Assembly (NCBI GenBank): GCA_018654745.1
Contig: JABILA010000094.1
Location: forward strand, 19,237 to 83,236
Source of the DNA: Alphaproteobacteria bacterium
Lineage (GTDB): Bacteria; Pseudomonadota; Alphaproteobacteria; UBA2966
Reading direction: 5' to 3'
DNA: 64,000 bases
The notes beneath the pieces were generated by a model. It had not been told where the DNA came from. It did no database searches and saw nothing but the letters and a program-made list of their open reading frames with translations. The position numbers and the translations under genes are program-made. Positions 57,231-64,000 of the stretch are shown here, in pieces (the stretch's first letter is position 1; every line of letters starts with the position of its first letter).

Positions 57231-60026
57231 ATGACGGATGTCTCTAATTCCCCCGATGCAAAATCCAAGGAAACAATAAAAGGTGCTGGCGACAACAGTC
57301 GCAAGAAAGTACCGGTCTATTGTTACCAGTGCGTAGCGGGGCCGGATCTGTTGAAGGTCGAAGTCGAAGATGGTGTTGCAACACGTGTGGAAAGTAATTT
57401 TGACATCACGGATCAACACCCCGGTGGCGGTCGCGTCTGTGTAAAGGCCTACGGCCTTGTACAAAAAACCTACAATCCCAATCGCATTCAGCAACCCATG
57501 AAACGGACCAACCCCAAAAAGGGACGGGAAGAAGATCCGGGATTTGTACCAATTTCGTGGGACGAAGCCCTGGATATTGTGGCTGATCGCATGAAGGAAA
57601 TGCGCGCCAAAGGCCTGCGTGACGAAAGCGGTTTTCCGCGCCTTGCCATGACAACCGGCGGCGGCGGAACACCCGTTCAATACATGGGTTCATGGCCTGC
57701 TTTTCTGGGTGCCTGGGGTGCCATCGATCAGGGATATGGTGCTGGCCAGGGCGTGAAGTGTTATCACTCGGAACACCTTTATGGAGAATTGTGGCACCGC
57801 GCGTTTACGATCTCGCTGGATACGCCCTATACAGAATATGTCATTAACTGCGGCCACAATATTGAAGCAGCCAGTGGCGTTGTTGGCGTTTGGCGCGAGG
57901 CAAATGCCCGCGAGCGTGGCCTCAAACGCATACAGGTAGAACCACATCTTTCCGTTACTGGCGCGTTGTCTGCGGAATGGGTGCCTATCAAGCCAAAGAC
58001 AGATGCTGCATTTCTTTATGCCCTGATTCACCGCATCATTGTCGAGCGTAACTGGGAAGAAATCTGTGACGTTCCCTACATCGGTGACGACACAAATTCG
58101 CCTTATCTTGTTGGCCCCAATGGATATTTTCTGCGTGATCCGGAAACCCGCAAACCCCTGATCTGGGACTTGAGTGACAATACAGCGAAAACCCATGATG
58201 CCAACATTGGCAAGCCCGGGATTGCTGGTACATACACTGCATCAGGTGTTGAAGAAGGCGCTGATGGTGAGGAATGGTCACATACCAACATTGAAGCCAG
58301 TACCTCATTCCAGAAACTGATCGAACACATCACGCCCTATTCTCCTGAATGGGCTGAAGAGACCTGCGACGTACCTGCGGAGAATATCCGCCGCATCGCC
58401 GACGAATTTGTCGCCCATGCCCGGATCGGTGAAACCATCGAAATCGAAGGCGAGACCCTGCCCTTCCGGCCTGTCTCGGTAATGCTGGGTAAATCAGTCA
58501 ACAACGGCTGGGGCGGTTACAACTGTTGCTGGGCGCGTACTGTCCTTTGTACCCTGGTCGGTTCACTTGAAGTTCCCGGTGGCACCCTGGGTACAGCTGT
58601 AAAATTGAATCGTCCAGCGGACAATCGGCGCAAATCTGCGACCCCTGGCCCTGATGGCTTCATGCACTATCCCTTCAATGAAACGTCAAAAGAGGGTTGG
58701 CAAAAAGATCCGAAAATCCGCAACGGGTACAATACGCTTGTTCCCCTGGCAGCCAACTCGCCGTGGTCCGCAGCTTTGGGTCCGGCCCATTTGCCGTGGC
58801 TATTCCAGAAGCAACAGCCTGCCAACTGGCCCAAACAAACCAATCCCGATATGTGGATTTGCTATCGTACGAACCCGTCTATTTCACATTGGAACGGACC
58901 TGAGATTGCCAAACGCATTGCAGAGTTCCCGTTTACAGTGGCGTTCGCCTATACGGACGACGAAACGAACCACATGGCAGACATTTTGCTGCCGGAAGCA
59001 ACCGATCTCGAAGGGTTACAGTTAATCCGCATAGGTGGCACCAAATTTGTTCAGCAATATTGGAAACACCAGGGATGGGCCATTCGTCAGCCTGTCGCCG
59101 AGCCTGTCACCGATATTATGGACATGACAGACATCGCAACGGAACTGGCAAAACGAGTTGGCATCCTCGAAGAATATAATTCTGCCATTAACCGTGGGGC
59201 CGCCGGTCAACGTCTGACCAAGGATGAATTCGATTATGGTCTCGATCCTACCGTTCCGCACAGCCGCGATGAAATCTGGGATGCGGTTGCCAAGGCTGCG
59301 AGCCACGAACTTTCTGATGGTGAGGAAATTCACGATCTTGAGTGGTTCAAGGAGAACAGCCATATGCTGGCGCCGTTCTCCCAACTGGAATGGTATCTGT
59401 ATCCAGCTCTTAAAAGTCAGGGCATGCGCTTCGAACTGCCTTACCAGGAGCGCATCAAACGTCACGGTACTCAGCTTTCAAATCGCCTGCATGAGCAAGG
59501 TATCGAATGGTGGGATGCCCAGCTTAAAGAATATGAACCGCTACCATCGTGGGAGCCCTTCCCCGAAATCTGGAAGAATTATGCGGCCGAAGTCGGCAAA
59601 AACCCGGATGACTATCAGTTCTGGGCCCTGACGGCACGGTCCATGCAGTACTCCTGGGGTGCCAACGTTGGCCTGCCCCTGATCAAGGAAGTTGCGGACA
59701 ACATTGCAGGGCATAAAGGCGTCATAATCAACCGTGAAGCCGGCAAGAAGTTGGGCCTGGAAGATGGCGACCCGGTTGTGCTGGAAAGCCCAACTGGCAT
59801 CTCCAAAGGGTACGCAGTATTCAGATCTGGCATTCGCCCCGATACCATCTTGATGATTGGTCAGTTTGACCACTGGAAGCAGCCTGTTGCCAAAGACTTC
59901 AAGCTCGCGAGTTTGAACTCATTGTCCGACATCTCATTGTCGCTGACGGATGGTACTGGATCAGGCGCTGATCTTGTTCGCGTCAAAATAACACGAGGCG
60001 AAGGTCCAAAGCGGGATTTGACATGA
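57231..60026 (+). CDS. padB: Phenylacetyl-CoA:acceptor oxidoreductase, molybdopterin subunit (DMSO reductase family)
   Basis: YCYQCVAGPDLLKV, VCVKAYGLVQKTYNP, PMKRTNPKKGR.EDPGFVPISWDEA, GVKCYHSEHLYGELWHRAF and ADILLP; no Tat signal; adjacent to a phenylacetate-CoA ligase. Confidence 0.85.
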   Translation: MTDVSNSPDAKSKETIKGAGDNSRKKVPVYCYQCVAGPDLLKVEVEDGVATRVESNFDITDQHPGGGRVCVKAYGLVQKTYNPNRIQQPMKRTNPKKGREEDPGFVPISWDEALDIVADRMKEMRAKGLRDESGFPRLAMTTGGGGTPVQYMGSWPAFLGAWGAIDQGYGAGQGVKCYHSEHLYGELWHRAFTISLDTPYTEYVINCGHNIEAASGVVGVWREANARERGLKRIQVEPHLSVTGALSAEWVPIKPKTDAAFLYALIHRIIVERNWEEICDVPYIGDDTNSPYLVGPNGYFLRDPETRKPLIWDLSDNTAKTHDANIGKPGIAGTYTASGVEEGADGEEWSHTNIEASTSFQKLIEHITPYSPEWAEETCDVPAENIRRIADEFVAHARIGETIEIEGETLPFRPVSVMLGKSVNNGWGGYNCCWARTVLCTLVGSLEVPGGTLGTAVKLNRPADNRRKSATPGPDGFMHYPFNETSKEGWQKDPKIRNGYNTLVPLAANSPWSAALGPAHLPWLFQKQQPANWPKQTNPDMWICYRTNPSISHWNGPEIAKRIAEFPFTVAFAYTDDETNHMADILLPEATDLEGLQLIRIGGTKFVQQYWKHQGWAIRQPVAEPVTDIMDMTDIATELAKRVGILEEYNSAINRGAAGQRLTKDEFDYGLDPTVPHSRDEIWDAVAKAASHELSDGEEIHDLEWFKENSHMLAPFSQLEWYLYPALKSQGMRFELPYQERIKRHGTQLSNRLHEQGIEWWDAQLKEYEPLPSWEPFPEIWKNYAAEVGKNPDDYQFWALTARSMQYSWGANVGLPLIKEVADNIAGHKGVIINREAGKKLGLEDGDPVVLESPTGISKGYAVFRSGIRPDTILMIGQFDHWKQPVAKDFKLASLNSLSDISLSLTDGTGSGADLVRVKITRGEGPKRDLT

Positions 60027-61696
60027 GTATGAACACCAATAGCACCCCGACAGTCGATCCCACAAAACGTTGGGGCATGATCGTTGATTTAAACCGCTGC
60101 GTCGGTTGCCAGACGTGTACCATCGCCTGCAAGCACGCGAACGACACGCCGCCGACCGTTCAGTGGCGTCGTGTTCTTGATGTCGAATTGGGTAGCTTCC
60201 CGGATGTTCAGCGCCTGTTTATGGTCACCGGTTGCCAGCATTGTGAAGAGCCACCGTGTGTGCCCGTCTGCCCGACGGGTGCGACTGCACAACGTGCCGA
60301 TGGCCTTGTCACGATGGATTATGACTTGTGCATTGGCTGTTCCTACTGTGCCGTATCCTGCCCCTATCAGGCACGCACAATTGTGCATGAAATGAAAAGC
60401 TATTACGGCGGTGAACTGACACGTCAGGAAAAGGCCACGGCCCATCCGGAACGTGTCAGTGTTATGTCCAAATGCACATTCTGTGTCAGCCGCATTGATG
60501 AAGCTGCGGAAACGGGCCAAACACCAGGTGTTGATCCCCTTGTGACACCTGCCTGTTCTGCCTCCTGTATCGCCCAGGCTTTGCATTTCGGTGATTTCAA
60601 TGATCCACAAAGTAATGTGTCGAAGTTGTCTACTGAAAAGCAGACTTTCCAGATGCATGAAGAGCTGGGGACCAACCCACAAATAAAATATGTTTACGAT
60701 TTGCCCAAATCAACGCCAGGTCGGGAAGCACGCGAAGACGAAACTGGCGACGAGATATATGCAGACCCATCCCATGCCTTGACCGGGCGTCGCCAGCAAT
60801 TCTGGGATTGGAAAGGCGCCACTAACTTTATCCTTGGTGGTATGGGTTCCGGCCTGATTGTTATGACCTGGATTGGATTGTTGTTGGGCAATGTCAATTT
60901 GAATTTCGTGCCTTGGATTAATGCTGCTGGCGCTGCCACGATGGCACTTGGTCTGCTGACTTTGCTTTTCAAGATTGGAAGGCCGTTCCGCATTCTGAAT
61001 GCTTTGCGACGTCCCCAATCCTCTTGGATGTCGAGAGAAATTTATTTGGCAGCGGTATTCTTTCCAGCCGTCGGCCTCGATTTCCTGCCGTGGCTGTTTG
61101 GATTTTCCATTCTCAGCCCACAAGCATTGACGGTGCTGCATGCCTTGATCGGATTGTGCAGTGCAGGCTTCCTGTTTGCCCAGGCCCGTATTCTCTTTGC
61201 TGCCAAGGGGATACCAGCCTGGCGGGCACCATTGATCCCATGGATGATTATCGCAACAGGCCTGTTCGAAGGTGTTGGTATTCTGGCGCTCGCTCAAGCG
61301 GCGTTCCCGGGTGCATTTGCTGATCCAGCATACTTGATAACAGCAGGTTCCATGCTTGCCGCCGCCAACTTCCTACTCTGGCAGATCTACCGGAAAAAGG
61401 CTGCTGCCTATGGCATTGGCCCTTTGGCCCGAAAGGAATTTCAATCCGTAAGTTTCCTTCTGGTTGTCGCGGGACATCTAATTCCATGGGCGCTGCTATT
61501 CGCAATGCAGGCGCAGCCTGATCTGGGAAATTCGCTGACATTTGGTGTTGCCGGCCTTGGCATTCTGTTTGGCGGTTGGCTCTGGAAAAAAACTGTGCTC
61601 CTGAATGCCAGCTATCAACAGGGCTTTGCCCTTCCACGCATGCCACAACGAGGCTCAGGTGACAGAGCAGCACCCGTGCGCATGGGACTGTCCTGA
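60023..61696 (+). CDS. padC: Fused 4Fe-4S subunit + DmsC/NrfD-type membrane anchor (PadC-PadD fusion)
   Basis: CVGCQTCTIAC, CQHCEEPPCVPVCP, CIGCSYCAVSCP and KCTFC...PAC...C, followed in frame by QQFWDWKGATNFILGG and several hydrophobic helices with SWMSRE. Confidence 0.85.
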   Translation: MSMNTNSTPTVDPTKRWGMIVDLNRCVGCQTCTIACKHANDTPPTVQWRRVLDVELGSFPDVQRLFMVTGCQHCEEPPCVPVCPTGATAQRADGLVTMDYDLCIGCSYCAVSCPYQARTIVHEMKSYYGGELTRQEKATAHPERVSVMSKCTFCVSRIDEAAETGQTPGVDPLVTPACSASCIAQALHFGDFNDPQSNVSKLSTEKQTFQMHEELGTNPQIKYVYDLPKSTPGREAREDETGDEIYADPSHALTGRRQQFWDWKGATNFILGGMGSGLIVMTWIGLLLGNVNLNFVPWINAAGAATMALGLLTLLFKIGRPFRILNALRRPQSSWMSREIYLAAVFFPAVGLDFLPWLFGFSILSPQALTVLHALIGLCSAGFLFAQARILFAAKGIPAWRAPLIPWMIIATGLFEGVGILALAQAAFPGAFADPAYLITAGSMLAAANFLLWQIYRKKAAAYGIGPLARKEFQSVSFLLVVAGHLIPWALLFAMQAQPDLGNSLTFGVAGLGILFGGWLWKKTVLLNASYQQGFALPRMPQRGSGDRAAPVRMGLS

Positions 61697-61699
61697 TCC

Positions 61700-63055
61700 A
61701 TGGCAACTACGTTGAAGAAACCGGCAGCCAGGCGCAAGCAAGCTGCAATGTACCAACCCGAACTGGAACGCATATCCAGGCGGGAATTACGGGCGTTGCA
61801 ACTGGCACGGCTGCAAAAAACTGTCCGGCATGCCTACCGCAATGTTCCTGCTGTAAAAGCCAAATTTGATGACGCCGGTGTAAAACCGGCTGATTTAAAA
61901 ACGCTGAAAGATATTGCAAAGTTTCCGTTTGCACGCAAAAGCGACCTGAGGGATAACTACCCGATGGGGCTATTTGCAATTCCCCAGGAAAAGCTTGTGC
62001 GTGTGCACGGATCATCCGGCACCACGGGAAAGCCAACGATAGTTGGCTACAGCAAAAAAGACATGAAAAGCTGGTCGACCTTGATGGCCAGATCCATGGT
62101 TGCAGCGGGTGTCAAACCTGGCGATGTCTTGCAAAACTCCATTGGTTACGGCCTGTTCACAGGTGGTCTTGGCTTTCACGGCGGTGCCGAAGAACTTGGC
62201 TGTACTGTCGTCCCCCTTTCGGGTGGCAACACTGATCGCCAGATCATGATGCTGATCGATATGCAGGCGGATGTTTTGATATCCACGCCTTCCTATGCCC
62301 TGAACATCGCAGATGTCGCTGAGGCGGCTGGCATCGACCTTAAAAAAGCCCCGGTCCGGGTAGCCCTGTGTGGTGCTGAAGCTGCAACGGATGCCTTGCG
62401 TGCGGAAGCGGGTCGCCGATTAGGCCTGACAATGATTGATCATTACGGACTGTCGGAAGTCATGGGCCCAGGAGTCGCGGCGGAGTGCCTTGAAGGCGCC
62501 ATGGACCCGGATACACCAGGTGGGCTTCATTTATGGGAAGATCATTTCTATTTCGAGATTATTGATCCGAAGACAGGTGACGTATTGCCGGAAGGTGAAA
62601 CCGGTGAGCTGGTCATTACAACCCTGAGCAAGGAAGCGTTGCCAATGGTGCGTTATCGCACCGGCGACATTACCCATATCATTCCAGGCAAATGCATCTG
62701 TGGACGTACACATCGCCGTATGGCGCGGGCCAAGGGACGCAGCGACGACATGCTGGTGATCCGGGGCGTTAATGTCTATCCGTCTGCTGTTGAGGAAGCC
62801 TTGATAGGTTTGCCTGGTGTCGCGCCACATTACCAACTGGTGGTACGCGATGGTAAATCCATGGCTACGGTCGATGTCGAGGTTGAAGCATTACCAACCG
62901 TCAAAAAGGGCGACTACGCCAAAGTAGCAAAAATGATTTCCGAACGATTGAAACAGGCAACCGGCGTGAGCTTCAAGGTTATCGTTGTTGGTCCTGGTAA
63001 AGTACCGCGGTCTGAAGGCAAGGCTGTGCGCGTAAGAGATTTGAGAAAGGCTTGA
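61700..63055 (+). CDS. paaK: Phenylacetate-CoA ligase (PaaK/PadJ family)
   Basis: DLRDNYPMG, HGSSGTTGKPT, YGLFTGGLG, YGLSEVMGPGV, RYRTGD, GRSDDMLVIRGVNVYP and RSEGKA. Confidence 0.92.
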   Translation: MATTLKKPAARRKQAAMYQPELERISRRELRALQLARLQKTVRHAYRNVPAVKAKFDDAGVKPADLKTLKDIAKFPFARKSDLRDNYPMGLFAIPQEKLVRVHGSSGTTGKPTIVGYSKKDMKSWSTLMARSMVAAGVKPGDVLQNSIGYGLFTGGLGFHGGAEELGCTVVPLSGGNTDRQIMMLIDMQADVLISTPSYALNIADVAEAAGIDLKKAPVRVALCGAEAATDALRAEAGRRLGLTMIDHYGLSEVMGPGVAAECLEGAMDPDTPGGLHLWEDHFYFEIIDPKTGDVLPEGETGELVITTLSKEALPMVRYRTGDITHIIPGKCICGRTHRRMARAKGRSDDMLVIRGVNVYPSAVEEALIGLPGVAPHYQLVVRDGKSMATVDVEVEALPTVKKGDYAKVAKMISERLKQATGVSFKVIVVGPGKVPRSEGKAVRVRDLRKA

Positions 63056-63546
63056 ATATGAATTCCGTATTGCAAATGACCGTTAACGGTCGCCCTCGTG
63101 CAGATGTTGTCGCCGACAACATGTTGCTCGTCGATTATTTACGTGAGGTTTGCGGTCTGACCGGCACCAAGATCGGCTGTGATGGCGGTGAATGTGGCGC
63201 TTGCACAATTCTTGCCGATGGCGGCGCTCGCCTTTCTTGCCTGACGTTGGCACATTCCTGCGCAGGCCAGGTCATCGAGACCGTCGAAGGGCAGGCAACA
63301 AGAGGTGAATTGTCAGCGGTCCAGAGCTCGTTCCATGAAAAACTGGGATCACAGTGTGGCTATTGCACCCCGGGGATGATCATGACGTCCGAAAGTTTGC
63401 TGCGCACAAATACAAATCCGACGGAAGACGAAATTCGCGAAGCATTGGGCGGCAATATCTGTCGTTGCACCGGCTATATCAAAATCATCGAATCTGTTCA
63501 GGCAGCCGCTGAAATAATCAATGCCAGCCGGGAGGCCGCAGAATGA
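63052..63546 (+). CDS. hcrC: 4-hydroxybenzoyl-CoA reductase gamma (2Fe-2S) subunit
   Basis: LTGTKIGCDGGECGACT, QCGYCTPG and GNICRCTGY; directly precedes an HcrA-like gene. Confidence 0.8.
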   Translation: MNMNSVLQMTVNGRPRADVVADNMLLVDYLREVCGLTGTKIGCDGGECGACTILADGGARLSCLTLAHSCAGQVIETVEGQATRGELSAVQSSFHEKLGSQCGYCTPGMIMTSESLLRTNTNPTEDEIREALGGNICRCTGYIKIIESVQAAAEIINASREAAE

Positions 63547-64000
63547 CTGACGAACTTCAGCACCCACGAGACAGCGTTACACCAAACGACCCTCAGCCTG
63601 ATCCCAGTCCTGACCCGGAACGAAAAGTTCGTTCCGTTGGCGAACGTCTGCCCCTGATTGATGGCCCTGACAAAGTAACCGGTCGCGCCAAATATGCTGG
63701 CGATCTGGCCCAGGATGCCCTGGTTGGCCGCATTCTGCATGGCCGCTATAGCCACGCTGAAATCGTTTCCATCGACACCACGGAAGCAGCTGCCCTGCCC
63801 GGCGTTGTTTGTGTATTAACCGGGGAAGACACAACCCAGCCATACGGCATTCTGCCCATTGCCATGCTGGAATACCCTTTGGCGAATGGTCGTGTGCGTT
63901 ACCGGGGTGAGCCCGTCGCCGCCGTTGCAGCCATTGATGCCGCGACAGCAGCCAAAGCCATCAGCCTGATCAAGGTTGAATATAACGAACTGCCAGCTTA
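63543..64000 (+). CDS. hcrA: 4-hydroxybenzoyl-CoA reductase alpha (Mo) subunit, 3'-truncated by the window edge (not in the ORF track)
   Basis: Manual translation from ATG 63543 is open to the end: VGERLPLIDGPDKVTGRAKYAGD...ALVGRIL...PYGILPIAMLEYPLANGRVRYRGEPVAAVAA. Confidence 0.8.
   Translation, partial: MTDELQHPRDSVTPNDPQPDPSPDPERKVRSVGERLPLIDGPDKVTGRAKYAGDLAQDALVGRILHGRYSHAEIVSIDTTEAAALPGVVCVLTGEDTTQPYGILPIAMLEYPLANGRVRYRGEPVAAVAAIDAATAAKAISLIKVEYNELPA

Overview
A chromosomal window from an alphaproteobacterium (probably Rhodospirillales-like; taxonomy is inferred). About 56 kb form one flagellin and flagellin-glycosylation super-locus. It begins with the end of a nonulosonate-type sugar operon (TIM-barrel isomerase, PtmA-like SDR), a FlmG-like TPR-glycosyltransferase and four TPR-GT41 (OGT/SPINDLY-like) protein glycosyltransferases. 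These surround seven short Caulobacter-type flagellins and four FlaF paralogues. A ~30-kb unusual-sugar island follows: five radical SAM enzymes (three B12-binding), four methyltransferase-like genes, CDP-glucose enzymes, a split transketolase, GmhA, a reversed-order HldE-like protein and two DegT aminotransferases. A FlaEY-like gene closes the locus. The most striking feature is that six flagellins form a 2 x 3 matrix. Two sigma-54 operons each carry the same three central-segment types in permuted order, the termini are homogenised within each operon, and one operon places a FlaF paralogue after every flagellin. The last ~7 kb begin an anaerobic aromatic catabolic operon (thioesterase, padB, fused padC-padD, phenylacetate-CoA ligase, hcrC, partial hcrA). 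No rRNA, tRNA, CRISPR array or transposase was recognised. All family assignments come from motif recognition, not database searches.
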